DNA from: [Bacteroides] pectinophilus
Lineage (GTDB): Bacteria; Bacillota; Clostridia; Lachnospirales; Lachnospiraceae
DNA: 64,000 nucleotides
Assembly: GCA_025146925.1 (NCBI GenBank)
Contig: CP102260.1
Span: 1,847,389-1,911,388 of the forward strand
Direction: 5' to 3'
Part shown: piece by piece, positions 42,849 through 53,551 of the stretch
Layout of the letters: each line of letters starts with the position of its first letter
How positions within the stretch are numbered: position 1 is the first letter of the stretch
The notes under the pieces: model-generated
Databases searched by the model: none
What the model was told of the DNA's origin: nothing
The model's input: the letters and a program-made list of their open reading frames with translations, nothing else
Position numbers and translations under genes: made by a program

Positions 42849-44432
42849 ATGAATAATCCTACAATCGCTGATTTTCTATCGACATTTAATAAAATTATAA
42901 GCTCATTTGTAAATAATGACAATGAAAATATTACACTATACTCCTCCGTTCTGAAAGATACATACAATGTTCTCAACAGCAACGAACGCAGCACTTGTTT
43001 TCAATATATTTCTGATTTCTTCAATGAGCAAAATGATACATATATAACTATATTTTTCATGTCATATCTGTTAAAGACACTCAACTCTGCTGAAGCCATC
43101 ATCCATATACAACATACAATATCCCAATCCGGTATTTCTCCTATTGATGCCCTGAACATAATATTTCAGATGAGCTCTTTTTCATTTTCAACAGATTTAA
43201 AAATTGATACGGCTGACTTTTACAAAGAACAACTTTCAATATATCAGAATAATATAAGCAAGCTCAATTCACTCACGGAATCATATACATTCGTACCATA
43301 TGATGTGCGCAACAAAGACAGAATAGCAATCATGTGCCGCATGTTATACTCTGACAGACATGCACCTACAGTTATTATCATAAATCTGTTTAACTGGTTA
43401 AAAAAGCTTGGGTATGAAGTATGCCTCTTTATAGAATATATGGGTCAAATTCAGGATGAGAATGTAATTAACTGGTATAGACCTTCTATAGAGAATAAAA
43501 TTTTTTCTCAGGCTGGTGATTTTAATATAAATTATCTTGGCGTAGATATCAAAGGACATAATATTGTTTTCTCTAACAGCAACTATGAGCAGATGGCACG
43601 TCGCACTTTTGATTTGATTTATGATTATAATCCGTTATTTGTAATCAATGTAGGTGGATGCAATCCTATCGCTGACCTGTGCAACAACATCACAACTGTA
43701 TGCTGCATGCCGTGTATCAACAAACCTGCCCTCAGTACATCTTCTATCTATATCAGATATTTTCCGTACACAGAAGATGATGACAGGATATACAATGATT
43801 TATTGCTCAATTACCAGCATGTATATGATATGCCATTCGTCGAAGAATTGTCAGGCTCCAACGGATGTATTCAGGTCAAAAGTGATTATGGCATAGATGA
43901 AGATAAATTTGCTATTATAATAGCAGGCAACCGTCTCGACAAAGAGATTCGCCAAAGATTCATACAACTTCTGAATGATATCTCTTCAACTGAAGATAAT
44001 GTAGTATTTGTCTTTATCGGTGACTGCCCTTTATTAAAAAACACACTTAAAGATTGTGACTTCTATAACAAATGTGTATTTACAGGGGCTGTAAGTAATT
44101 TTAAGGGTGCTGTAAGTATTGGTGATTTATTTCTTAATTCTCCAAGACAGGGCGGTTCGACCGGCGCATATTATGCGATTGAATGCGGAATACCTGTATT
44201 AACACTTCCCAGCTGTGACGTTGCAAGTGTAGGTAACGCATTCACATGTCACACAATAGATGAGATGAGCGATATCATTCACAGATACATGCACGATTCT
44301 GAATATATGAATCAGCAGATTCAAAACTGCAGGAGTAGTTTTGAAAAGATATGTTCATGCAAAGATAATCTGCCTTCAATTACATCATTTATCAGCAAAC
44401 TTAAGGAATATATGAATAATGGGGGGAGGTAA
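42849..44432 (+). CDS. Hypothetical 527-aa protein with C-terminal GT-B (GT1/GT4-like) glycosyltransferase domain and novel N-terminal half
   Basis: C-terminal FVFIGDCP...NSPRQGGSTGAYYAIECGIPVLTL resembles the Glycos_transf_1 E-x7-E region. Very AT-rich codon usage compared with flanks. Confidence 0.5.
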   Translation: MNNPTIADFLSTFNKIISSFVNNDNENITLYSSVLKDTYNVLNSNERSTCFQYISDFFNEQNDTYITIFFMSYLLKTLNSAEAIIHIQHTISQSGISPIDALNIIFQMSSFSFSTDLKIDTADFYKEQLSIYQNNISKLNSLTESYTFVPYDVRNKDRIAIMCRMLYSDRHAPTVIIINLFNWLKKLGYEVCLFIEYMGQIQDENVINWYRPSIENKIFSQAGDFNINYLGVDIKGHNIVFSNSNYEQMARRTFDLIYDYNPLFVINVGGCNPIADLCNNITTVCCMPCINKPALSTSSIYIRYFPYTEDDDRIYNDLLLNYQHVYDMPFVEELSGSNGCIQVKSDYGIDEDKFAIIIAGNRLDKEIRQRFIQLLNDISSTEDNVVFVFIGDCPLLKNTLKDCDFYNKCVFTGAVSNFKGAVSIGDLFLNSPRQGGSTGAYYAIECGIPVLTLPSCDVASVGNAFTCHTIDEMSDIIHRYMHDSEYMNQQIQNCRSSFEKICSCKDNLPSITSFISKLKEYMNNGGR

Positions 44433-44478
44433 TTATGCCTATCTCCCCACACAGTATGTTTGTTATAACTATTCCGGA

Positions 44479-45027
44479 TTATTCCTCATATCTCGGCAGA
44501 TCCACAATTATTGCTTCATGATGGACTGCCGGAAGGAACTTTTCCATAACCTCTTTAGTATTAAGTCTGAGGCTTGAAGTATTAATACACGGATGACATC
44601 CAAGAGATTCTCCTTCAAGGACTTCTCTGTCTATCAGCAGCTGCACGTTATTGTCCTTATCATTCATAAGTCCCATTATCGATACAGAGCCGGGTGTTAT
44701 ATCAAGAAATTCCTGCATATATTCCTCATCCGCAAATGATAATCTTGCAGAGCCTATCTGCTTAGACAGATCCTTTGTCTTAAACACCTTATCTCCCGGC
44801 ATCATAAGCATATAAAACTGCGTCTTCTGTCTGTTGCATAAAAACAGATTCTTGCATATAAGTGTACCAAGAATGCTGTCTATACAATTGCACACTTCCA
44901 TTGTTGTAGCCGGTTCATGGTCTGTTCTGTAATATTCCATACCCAGGCTGTCAAGGAGGTCATACACACGTATCTCCTTATCAAGTCTGCCTTCTTTATT
45001 CTCAGGTCTTCCTTTGATCAATTTCAT
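44479..45027 (-). CDS. YbaK/ProX-family aminoacyl-tRNA deacylase
   Basis: Length and GHPCINTSSL / DITPGSVS motifs fit the YbaK/EbsC fold. Start at MKLIKG. Confidence 0.65.
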   Translation of the reverse strand: MKLIKGRPENKEGRLDKEIRVYDLLDSLGMEYYRTDHEPATTMEVCNCIDSILGTLICKNLFLCNRQKTQFYMLMMPGDKVFKTKDLSKQIGSARLSFADEEYMQEFLDITPGSVSIMGLMNDKDNNVQLLIDREVLEGESLGCHPCINTSSLRLNTKEVMEKFLPAVHHEAIIVDLPRYEE

Positions 45028-45067
45028 AACAATCCCCATTCCTGCGCTGTCTCTTGCACATATCAAG

Positions 45068-45523
45068 TTATACAAAAAATCCTGCCATGTATAAACCCGC
45101 GCACACAATTCCCGCACCAAACGTCAGTGAACGTGTAAGCCTGTCATGATTATGCAGCTTAAGTGAAGCTTTGTAACATATAATCACCTGAAGCTTCTGC
45201 CCGGTATTATATTTTTTCATTACATACGCTTCTCCGGTCATCAACTTACCGTCCATTGTGTAATAAAAGCCTATGGTCCTTATCTTGCCGCCTTTGGCTC
45301 CAACGTGTTCCTCATACCTTTCACAGGTCACTTCCTGACTGTGATAAAAGTAAAAAAAGAAAAATGAGCACATCAGCAAGCCATATGCCAATGCTGATGT
45401 AAAAGTGGCAAAAGCCGTTCTGCACACTGAATTAACAGTAATGATGAATACCATGCCTCCAACTATAAGCAGAGCTATTATAAGCTTAACGGCAAAACAA
45501 ATTATGTGAGTTATCTTTTCCAT
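45068..45523 (-). CDS. Small membrane protein (TM - beta-rich domain - TM; DUF3592-like topology)
   Basis: Hydropathy only. Confidence 0.4.
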   Translation of the reverse strand: MEKITHIICFAVKLIIALLIVGGMVFIITVNSVCRTAFATFTSALAYGLLMCSFFFFYFYHSQEVTCERYEEHVGAKGGKIRTIGFYYTMDGKLMTGEAYVMKKYNTGQKLQVIICYKASLKLHNHDRLTRSLTFGAGIVCAGLYMAGFFV

Positions 45524-45531
45524 AATAGCAG

Positions 45532-46728
45532 TTAAAATGTCCCTGCAATCGTTTTTGCAAGTGCATCGATATCTTCATTCTGAGCCTGCTTTACGGATGA
45601 CTTTATTGTCACCTTCTGTTCAAGGATATTCAGGTTCTTACATTTGCCAAGAAGCTCCGCCGTCTGTTTTGCTGTCATTGCCGCCCATGTACCGTTCTCA
45701 ATCAGTGCAACCGTGCGATTCTGGAAATTATGTGCAGCAAGGTCATGCAGCAGATCTTCCATCTTCACGAATATTCCTCCATTGTAGGTTGCTGATGCAA
45801 ATACAACATGGCTGTATTCAAATGTTGCCGCAACTATCTCAGATGCCGGTACAACAGAAACATCAAACATCTTAGTTCTTATACCAAGCTCATTGAGCCT
45901 GCAGGCAAGAATCTCCGCCGCATTCTCTGTATTGCCGTATATTGAGCCATATGCAATGACAACACCCTGTTTCTCAGGCTCATACCTGCTCCATTTGTCA
46001 TATGCTGCAATATAATCAGCAAAATCCCTGCGCCATACAAATCCGTGAAGCGGACATATCATTGATATCTCAACTGCAGATGCTTTTTTAAGAAGTGCCT
46101 GCACCTGTGCTCCGTACTTGCCTACAATATTGGTGTAATATCTTCTTGCTTCATCAAAATAATCCCTGTAAAAATCTACCTCGTCAGCAAACAGTGCTCC
46201 GTTAATTGCTCCAAAGCAGCCGAATGCATCTGCCGAGAAAAGAATCCTGTCTGTCTTATCATATGTTACCATTACCTCAGGCCAGTGAACCATAGGTGCC
46301 ATTATAAATGTAAGATTATGCTTTCCTGTAGAAAGCTCGTCTCCTTCACTGACAAGCTTTAACTTTGAATCAATGTCAAAATTGAAGAACTGCTTAATCA
46401 TTCCTGCAACCTTGGCATTAGTCACTATAACAGTCTCCGGATGTCTTCTCGTAAGATCTTCAATCATTGCACAGTGATCCGGCTCCATGTGATTAACTAT
46501 CAGATAATCAAGTGGTCTGCCATTAAGCGTGTGTTCAATATTCTCAAAGAATATACCGCCAACTGCCTTATCAACGGTATCTAACAGAACCGTCTTTTCA
46601 TCAAGCAGCAGATATGAATTATAAGATACCCCGTAAGGAACCTTGTAAACGCCCTCAAATAGTGAAAGACGGCGGTCATTGCCACCTACCCACACAAGGT
46701 CTTCTGTAACATTTCTTGTACAATACAT
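45532..46728 (-). CDS. fprA: Flavodiiron protein (FprA/rubredoxin-oxygen oxidoreductase family: metallo-beta-lactamase + flavodoxin domains), copy 1
   Basis: HxExDH-like di-iron motif (NHMEPDHC), C-terminal flavodoxin domain. Start MYCTRN. Confidence 0.85.
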   Translation of the reverse strand: MYCTRNVTEDLVWVGGNDRRLSLFEGVYKVPYGVSYNSYLLLDEKTVLLDTVDKAVGGIFFENIEHTLNGRPLDYLIVNHMEPDHCAMIEDLTRRHPETVIVTNAKVAGMIKQFFNFDIDSKLKLVSEGDELSTGKHNLTFIMAPMVHWPEVMVTYDKTDRILFSADAFGCFGAINGALFADEVDFYRDYFDEARRYYTNIVGKYGAQVQALLKKASAVEISMICPLHGFVWRRDFADYIAAYDKWSRYEPEKQGVVIAYGSIYGNTENAAEILACRLNELGIRTKMFDVSVVPASEIVAATFEYSHVVFASATYNGGIFVKMEDLLHDLAAHNFQNRTVALIENGTWAAMTAKQTAELLGKCKNLNILEQKVTIKSSVKQAQNEDIDALAKTIAGTF

Positions 46729-46747
46729 AATCATTACCTCCTGAATG
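45600..46747. repeat. Direct repeat copy A (~1.15 kb, ~99% identical to 50925..52074)
   Basis: Aligned by eye; only scattered SNPs (e.g. aagaagctcc vs aagaatctcc). Identity ends at ...cctcctgaat / gagt vs aaat. Confidence 0.85.
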
Positions 46748-46866
46748 AGTTCCATGCTCACGCCGCTCCTCATTTCCGAATTTGTTTGCACTCATTATAT
46801 CATATAAAACATATTTTTTTATAAAAATAGTTAAATTAATATTTTTTTCTCTAAAAGTATACTATT

Positions 46867-47252
<386 letters not shown>

Positions 47253-47269
47253 CTACAGTACAAAATTTC

Positions 47270-47305
47270 CAAAAAAGGGAGCACCATTTCTGATGCTCCC
47301 TTTAT
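47270..47305. terminator. Intrinsic terminator downstream of the surface-protein gene (GGGAGCAUCAGAAAUGGUGCUCCC UUUUUU on minus strand)
   Basis: Perfect 8-bp stem with T-runs on both sides. Confidence 0.65.
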
Positions 47306-47362
47306 TATTGCTCTATGCTTATACCAATTTATGCAATTATATTAAGATAACTTTCTCTTTTC

Positions 47363-48778
47363 TTATGCTCTCTTTCCTGTAAGAACCATTATCATTCCTA
47401 ACGCAGATGCCATAACAAGCACAATCATCATAATTGGAGCAGTATCGGCTGTCTGCGGTGATTTTGCAGTTTCCTGTGCTGCTTCATTCTGATTTTCAGG
47501 CGCTTTAAGTCCAGCATCCTGTCCAGCATCTGTTATGTCAGCATCCGGCTGGACAATTTCTGCATTAGTTACAAATCCTGCATACAATACTATATTGCCA
47601 GACTGTTCTTCTGATACTAAAGATAGCTTTCTGGTAAGCCCGGCATCACTATACCAGCCTGTAAATGTATATCCAGCCTTAACTGCCGGTTTCAGACTGC
47701 TTACGCCCGTCCCATATTCATAATGAGCCGGATTAGAGATATCATTAACGCCTCCATTGAGGACATATGTTATACTGAAAGTCTCTGGTTCGTCATCTTC
47801 ATCTGATTCATCTGGTGTCTGATTTGATATTGGCACCGGATTCGGGTTTAGATTCGGTATTGCAGTAAACTTCGCATACAAATCAACGTCACCTGTCTGT
47901 GTATCTGATATTGATGTCACTCTTGCTGTTAAAGCTGCATCACTGTACCAGCCATCGAATGTATATCCTGTCCTGGAAGCGTCCGTCAGTGACGCTACTC
48001 CTGTACCTTCTGTATATGTTGATGGATTGCCAGCTCCATTGCTGCCGCCGTCAAGGTGATAATTTATTCTGCTTATTACAGGTGCAGCCGTAAACTTAGC
48101 TACAAGATTAATATCCTGCGATTCTGTTTTAGATATCATGCTGACTCTTGTTGCAAAAGTATCGTCTGTATACCATCCTTCAAATACATAACCAGGTGCA
48201 TCTGCATCAATGAGTGTAATATCCTCCTTGCCAACATAATATCCGGCAGGATTTGAATTGCTCATTGTAACACCTGATGGCAGACCTGAAGCAGCGTATG
48301 TTATATTCTTCTTCTCGTAAGGCACTGCCTGTAATGAAAGCTCAGCACTCCATCCAGCTGACGCATATACATATGTTACCTTCCACTCTTTAAACTGCTC
48401 ATATGGAATAGCCCTTGTTCCTGACAGCTCTGAATAATCCGGAACTGTCAATGCATAATAATCACCCTCTGTATCTGATGCATTACCTGCAGTGCTTGTA
48501 AATGTCTCAATTAGTGTAGTTCCATCAGTATCGATGTAATTAACAATATATCCTATGTAAGGACTTGAGCCGCAATACAGCTTAATATTATCTCCTGCAA
48601 GCACCCTGTCAGATTTGTCCGGATCCATCTGAATATTATTCGTAAGATCACATCCAGCATCGGAAACCTTGTAAGTTGCAGCATTCGCAATATATGGCAT
48701 TGTGCAATATACCAGCATGACACACATAATACAGAATGCAGCAAATCTTTTCTTTCTCTCCCTTATTAATTCCTTCAT
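47363..48778 (-). CDS. Cell-surface protein: signal peptide, N-terminal domain, three Listeria-Bacteroides (Flg_new) repeats, acidic/Pro-rich linker, C-terminal TM anchor
   Basis: Repeats GYVFEGWYTDDTFATRV..., GYTFDGWYSDAALTARV..., GYTFTGWYSDAGLTRKL.... Signal peptide FAAFCIMCVMLVYC...ANA. C-terminal hydrophobic segment + KRA. Confidence 0.75.
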   Translation of the reverse strand: MKELIRERKKRFAAFCIMCVMLVYCTMPYIANAATYKVSDAGCDLTNNIQMDPDKSDRVLAGDNIKLYCGSSPYIGYIVNYIDTDGTTLIETFTSTAGNASDTEGDYYALTVPDYSELSGTRAIPYEQFKEWKVTYVYASAGWSAELSLQAVPYEKKNITYAASGLPSGVTMSNSNPAGYYVGKEDITLIDADAPGYVFEGWYTDDTFATRVSMISKTESQDINLVAKFTAAPVISRINYHLDGGSNGAGNPSTYTEGTGVASLTDASRTGYTFDGWYSDAALTARVTSISDTQTGDVDLYAKFTAIPNLNPNPVPISNQTPDESDEDDEPETFSITYVLNGGVNDISNPAHYEYGTGVSSLKPAVKAGYTFTGWYSDAGLTRKLSLVSEEQSGNIVLYAGFVTNAEIVQPDADITDAGQDAGLKAPENQNEAAQETAKSPQTADTAPIMMIVLVMASALGMIMVLTGKRA

Positions 48779-48797
48779 TCTTCCTCCTGCTATTAAA

Positions 48798-49499
48798 TTA
48801 TTTTGCTCTCACAATATATCTCAAATGGCGCATGCCATCCTTGACCATTCTTAATTTTGACTTCCTTTTATACCTGCATCTTCTGAGCTTCACAGGCACC
48901 TCGCCAATATCGAGACATGCTTTTTTTGCGGCAGCAATCATCTCTGTTGCAAATTCCATCCCGTCTGTCTGGAAGTCAAGTATCTGCGCTGAAGTACGCG
49001 TAATTCCTCTTAATCCGCAATGAAAATCATATATATCGCACTGGAATCTTTTGCCTGCGCACCATGATAAAATACGACCTCCAATCACATGCGATAACTG
49101 TATGCTCCCCTTTTCAAACCCGCCCTCGTAGCGGTTTCCTATAACAACATCGCACTTGCCGGATGCCAGTACAGCATACATCAGTCCTATTCTGTCAAAA
49201 TTATATGACGTATCGCAGTCTCCTATAATAATCACATCGCCTCTGCTCTGCCTTATGCCTGCCTTGATTGCACTTCCGTACCCTTTTGACTGTTCATATA
49301 CGACAACTGCGCCATGCTTCAGTGCAGCCTCGGCAGAGTTGTCTGTCGAGGCATTATCAACAACAATTATCTCTCCATCAAGAGCACATCTGTCTAAAAA
49401 TGTTTTTGCTTCATCTACACAATATCCTACACTTTGTTCTTCATTAAGACATGGCATTATGATTGACAGACTAAGACTTTGTTCTTTTTGCAGCTCCAT
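48798..49499 (-). CDS. Family 2 glycosyltransferase, GtrB/DPM1-like (polyprenol-phosphate sugar synthase type)
   Basis: LSIIMPCLNEE, VVDNASTDNS, GDCDTSY (DxD-type) motifs; ~230 aa, no TM C-terminus. Start at MELQKE after GGAGGTGG. Confidence 0.8.
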   Translation of the reverse strand: MELQKEQSLSLSIIMPCLNEEQSVGYCVDEAKTFLDRCALDGEIIVVDNASTDNSAEAALKHGAVVVYEQSKGYGSAIKAGIRQSRGDVIIIGDCDTSYNFDRIGLMYAVLASGKCDVVIGNRYEGGFEKGSIQLSHVIGGRILSWCAGKRFQCDIYDFHCGLRGITRTSAQILDFQTDGMEFATEMIAAAKKACLDIGEVPVKLRRCRYKRKSKLRMVKDGMRHLRYIVRAK

Positions 49500-50811
49500 C
49501 TGCAAACCACCTCCAGTCGACTAACGAACCAGTTATCAGAAACATTGCCAGAATTGTTGCAATCTGTGCCCTGTATGTAAAGAAACAATGTAGATATGAA
49601 TGATTATGCAGTACCAGATATCTCGCATATGGTATAAGTCCAACAATCCCATATATAATAATACTATGCCAGCAAATATCATTACTATGGTAAACATATC
49701 CTATATAAATAATAAACAAAATAACTGCTGCAAACAGCCACACTCCTGCTTTGCCATATCCTGCCGGAAACAGACATTTTATATTATTAACAACTGCTCC
49801 TGTAATATACTGTACAGTACCAACGCCTATATCTCCGCCAATACGCTCGTCCACATGCTCCGTTACATACGGCAGCATACTGGTATGCATCACTGCAGAT
49901 GCTGTAATCCACTTGGCACACCATGTTCCGGCATATCCGGCTGTCCATGTCACAGCCGCTTTTACAGGTATTTTCACCGGACTGAAGCTTTCTTTATATC
50001 TTCCATTCATTCCAATGCAGATTACAATAAGCAGCGGCACTGACAATGTCACGGTCTCGGTAGTAAGAAAGTCAAAATAATTTGTTATCATCCCGCTGAG
50101 TAAGAATATGATTCCTATATTATACCATCTGCCTTTATCGCAGCTTCTGACTGCACACATAGCGGCCACCGGCATGATTATAAAAACCCATGTATATTCC
50201 AACGAATATGGTACAAACCATACCGCCGCTGCAATATATCCCACAGCCAGACCTACTGCTGCATAATATGCTTTTCTTCTTATGATCATTACAATAAGTG
50301 CCGCATTTAGAATTGCTACCATAACCGCATTAAAAAAATATATATTTTTAAGCTGCATAAACATCAGCATAGGTCTTACGATAACTGTTGAGCCATGCCA
50401 GTATCTCATGTATTGCTGGTTAGCCGCAGGATGCTTTGTAACTGCCTGATACAGGTTGTCATTCTCATTAAGATACGATGTATGGTAATACGAAGACATC
50501 ATAACAGATTCAAGCGGATTTTCCTCATCATACTGGTAAGCTATGCCTAAAAGTATCGAATCTGCATATCTGTCTATTCTGCTTCCTTCTGCCCCATCAA
50601 TAACAGTACCAAACAGTTCGCAATTTTTCAGATACTGCGCCGACTCCTGCATATTATCCTGTATTGCAGACACAGGAATCAGAGCTGTCAGCACAAGAAG
50701 CAGTATCATAACTCCTATGCCTGCAGCAAATACTCCTGTGTACATTATTACATTTTTAAAAATGCTTTTCCCCTTATGTCTGCAATCCGTATAGCCCTTA
50801 TTAAGTTTCAT
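49471..50811 (-). CDS. Polytopic membrane protein (>=9 TM, one large extracytoplasmic loop); candidate GT-C-type glycosyltransferase partner of the GtrB-like GT2
   Basis: Hydropathy; overlaps the GT2 gene start by ~29 nt (translational coupling). Confidence 0.4.
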   Translation of the reverse strand: MKLNKGYTDCRHKGKSIFKNVIMYTGVFAAGIGVMILLLVLTALIPVSAIQDNMQESAQYLKNCELFGTVIDGAEGSRIDRYADSILLGIAYQYDEENPLESVMMSSYYHTSYLNENDNLYQAVTKHPAANQQYMRYWHGSTVIVRPMLMFMQLKNIYFFNAVMVAILNAALIVMIIRRKAYYAAVGLAVGYIAAAVWFVPYSLEYTWVFIIMPVAAMCAVRSCDKGRWYNIGIIFLLSGMITNYFDFLTTETVTLSVPLLIVICIGMNGRYKESFSPVKIPVKAAVTWTAGYAGTWCAKWITASAVMHTSMLPYVTEHVDERIGGDIGVGTVQYITGAVVNNIKCLFPAGYGKAGVWLFAAVILFIIYIGYVYHSNDICWHSIIIYGIVGLIPYARYLVLHNHSYLHCFFTYRAQIATILAMFLITGSLVDWRWFADGAAKRTKS

Positions 50812-50853
50812 CTGTCCCCTTATCCACATATTAAATATTATCTATATCCCTGC

Positions 50854-52056
50854 TTACTCTGCCAATGTCTCTGCAATAGCCTTTGCAAGTTCCACTACAG
50901 CCTCATTCTGCTCCTGCTTGACAGCAGACTTTATTGTCACCTTCTGTTCAAGGATATTCAGGTTCTTACATTTGCCAAGAATCTCCGCCGTCTGTTTTGC
51001 TGTCATTGCCGCCCATGTACCGTTCTCAATCAGTGCAACCGTGCGGTTCTGGAAATTATGCGCAGCAAGGTCATGCAGCAGATCTTCCATCTTCACGAAT
51101 ATTCCTCCATTGTAGGTTGCTGATGCAAATACAACATGGCTGTATTCAAATGTTGCCGCAACTATCTCAGATGCCGGTACAACAGAAACATCAAACATCT
51201 TAGTTCTTATACCAAGCTCATTGAGCCTGCAGGCAAGAATCTCAGCCGCATTCTCTGTATTGCCGTATATTGATCCATATGCAATGACAACGCCCTGCTT
51301 CTCAGGCTCATACCTGCTCCATTTGTCATATGCTGCAATATAATCAGCAAAATCCCTGCGCCATACAAATCCGTGAAGCGGACATATCATTGATATCTCA
51401 ACTGCAGATGCTTTTTTAAGAAGTGCCTGCACCTGTGCTCCGTATTTGCCTACAATATTGGTGTAATATCTTCTTGCTTCATCAAAATAATCCCTGTAAA
51501 AATCTACCTCGTCAGCAAACAGTGCTCCGTTAATTGCTCCAAAGCAGCCGAATGCATCTGCCGAGAAAAGAATCCTGTCTGTCTTATCATATGTTACCAT
51601 TACCTCAGGCCAGTGAACCATAGGTGCCATTATAAATGTAAGATTATGCTTTCCTGTAGAAAGCTCGTCTCCTTCACTGACAAGCTTTAACTTTGAATCA
51701 ATGTCAAAATTGAAGAACTGCTTAATCATTCCTGCAACCTTGGCATTAGTCACTATAACAGTCTCCGGATGTCTTCTCGTAAGATCTTCAATCATTGCAC
51801 AGTGATCCGGCTCCATGTGATTAACTATCAGATAATCAAGTGGTCTGCCATTAAGCGTGTGTTCAATATTCTCAAAGAATATACCGCCAACTGCCTTATC
51901 AACGGTATCTAACAGGACCGTCTTTTCATCAAGCAGCAGATATGAATTATAAGATACCCCGTAAGGAACCTTGTAAACGCCCTCAAATAGTGAAAGACGG
52001 CGGTCATTGCCACCTACCCACACAAGGTCTTCTGTAACATTTCTTGTACAATACAT
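50854..52056 (-). CDS. fprA: Flavodiiron protein (FprA family), copy 2; only 38 nt downstream of cbiO/nikO
   Basis: Protein ~identical to copy 1 except C-terminal ~25 aa (…AVVELAKAIAETLAE vs …IDALAKTIAGTF). Confidence 0.85.
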   Translation of the reverse strand: MYCTRNVTEDLVWVGGNDRRLSLFEGVYKVPYGVSYNSYLLLDEKTVLLDTVDKAVGGIFFENIEHTLNGRPLDYLIVNHMEPDHCAMIEDLTRRHPETVIVTNAKVAGMIKQFFNFDIDSKLKLVSEGDELSTGKHNLTFIMAPMVHWPEVMVTYDKTDRILFSADAFGCFGAINGALFADEVDFYRDYFDEARRYYTNIVGKYGAQVQALLKKASAVEISMICPLHGFVWRRDFADYIAAYDKWSRYEPEKQGVVIAYGSIYGNTENAAEILACRLNELGIRTKMFDVSVVPASEIVAATFEYSHVVFASATYNGGIFVKMEDLLHDLAAHNFQNRTVALIENGTWAAMTAKQTAEILGKCKNLNILEQKVTIKSAVKQEQNEAVVELAKAIAETLAE

Positions 52057-52074
52057 AATCATTACCTCCTGAAT
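50925..52074. repeat. Direct repeat copy B (~1.15 kb)
   Basis: See copy A. Confidence 0.85.
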
Positions 52075-52100
52075 AAATAGAATAATAATACATCCCCTGT

Positions 52101-52808
52101 TTACAGCCCATTTTGTACCAGATATTCTTCATTGTCAAGAATATCCTGAGGATTTCCGTCATATATTATCCTTCCGTCTGACACGAATATAACCCTGCTG
52201 CATACCTGCCTTACAAAATCAAGGTCATGTGAAGCTATTATCTTAAGGTGCTCAAAGCTGTTAAGTACCGATATCAGATTGCGTCTGTTGCGCGGATCAA
52301 GTGCTATTGTCGGTTCATCCATCAGGATAATGTCAGGTGTCATGGAAAGTATAGTTGCAATCGATACGAGCTTTTTCTCGCCGCCTGACAGCTTATATAC
52401 AGGTCTGTCCGCAAGATGTGTGGCATTAACCATCGCAAGTGCATTATCAACTCTTCTTGCAACTTCATCTTCAGGGAGACCATAATTAACCGGTGCAAAT
52501 GCAACATCTTCTCTCACAGTTGACATAAAAAGCTGACTGTCTGAATCCTGAAAGACATAACCAATCTTTTCTCTTATAATAGAAAGCGTATCTTTGCGTA
52601 CCGGAACCTCTTCAATACGTATCTCTCCCGTTGCCGGCATGCACAGGCCTACAAGCAGTTTCAGCAATGTAGACTTACCGGCCCCGTTGGCTCCTATCAC
52701 GCCAACAGACTCATGTTCTCCAACATGCAGTGAAATATTCTCAAGCACACGCCTGCTGTTATCATAAGCAAATGACACGTCATTTACATCTATATGAATA
52801 TGACTCAT
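52101..52808 (-). CDS. cbiO: ECF/ABC transporter ATP-binding protein (CbiO/NikO)
   Basis: Walker A GANGAGKST, signature LSGGEKK, Walker B ILMDEP. Confidence 0.85.
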   Translation of the reverse strand: MSHIHIDVNDVSFAYDNSRRVLENISLHVGEHESVGVIGANGAGKSTLLKLLVGLCMPATGEIRIEEVPVRKDTLSIIREKIGYVFQDSDSQLFMSTVREDVAFAPVNYGLPEDEVARRVDNALAMVNATHLADRPVYKLSGGEKKLVSIATILSMTPDIILMDEPTIALDPRNRRNLISVLNSFEHLKIIASHDLDFVRQVCSRVIFVSDGRIIYDGNPQDILDNEEYLVQNGL

Positions 52809-53551
52809 ATAATAAAATCTCCTACTATTTCAAATACATGTACATACCTGAGCAGTACCATTATGCCGCAGAATGCCGCAAGCAATGCAATGTCTTTTAG
52901 TCTCATATGTACTGTATTCTTATAAATAAATGTACCTCTGCAGCCTCTCAGGCACATGCTCTCATACACTGCTGATGCCCTGTCCATTGAACGCAGCAGA
53001 ATCTGTCCGGTAAGCGGTCCCCATGCCCTGAATGCAATTCCTTTCTGTCCGGGTGCACGCAGTAAATATGCCTGTACAGTCTGGTTAACTTCCTCAAGAA
53101 GCACTGTAATATACCTGTATATAAGCAGCACAAGTGTTACAATTATCTTAGGCATGTGAAGTCTTGCCAGTGCCGCACATATATCTTCTATCCCGGTTGT
53201 GATAATGAGTATATACGCCGCCGTAATCGTAAAAATGCCTTTAAGAATTAATGTCACCATTGATCCGGGAGGATTGAATATCCCGACGAGGCACACAAAA
53301 GGTATTATATATCCTATTCTTTTTATACATAACCCTACGCTCAGCTCTCCAATAATGAACATGCAGAGAGGGTACAGTATCATGGCAAGCTCTCCGACAG
53401 CATCAGTGTTATCAAATGACACTACCGTTATTATGTATATAATTGTCACAAGGAACTTAAGGAGCGGGTCAGCCTCCTTTAACCGTCCTGCTCCTTCCTG
53501 CATTGAATTAATTCTATGCAGTTCATGTATTGCATTTTCTATCTTACTCAT
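52805..53551 (-). CDS. cbiQ: ECF transporter transmembrane (T) component CbiQ/NikQ
   Basis: 248 aa polytopic membrane protein, position and length typical of CbiQ. Confidence 0.8.
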   Translation of the reverse strand: MSKIENAIHELHRINSMQEGAGRLKEADPLLKFLVTIIYIITVVSFDNTDAVGELAMILYPLCMFIIGELSVGLCIKRIGYIIPFVCLVGIFNPPGSMVTLILKGIFTITAAYILIITTGIEDICAALARLHMPKIIVTLVLLIYRYITVLLEEVNQTVQAYLLRAPGQKGIAFRAWGPLTGQILLRSMDRASAVYESMCLRGCRGTFIYKNTVHMRLKDIALLAAFCGIMVLLRYVHVFEIVGDFII

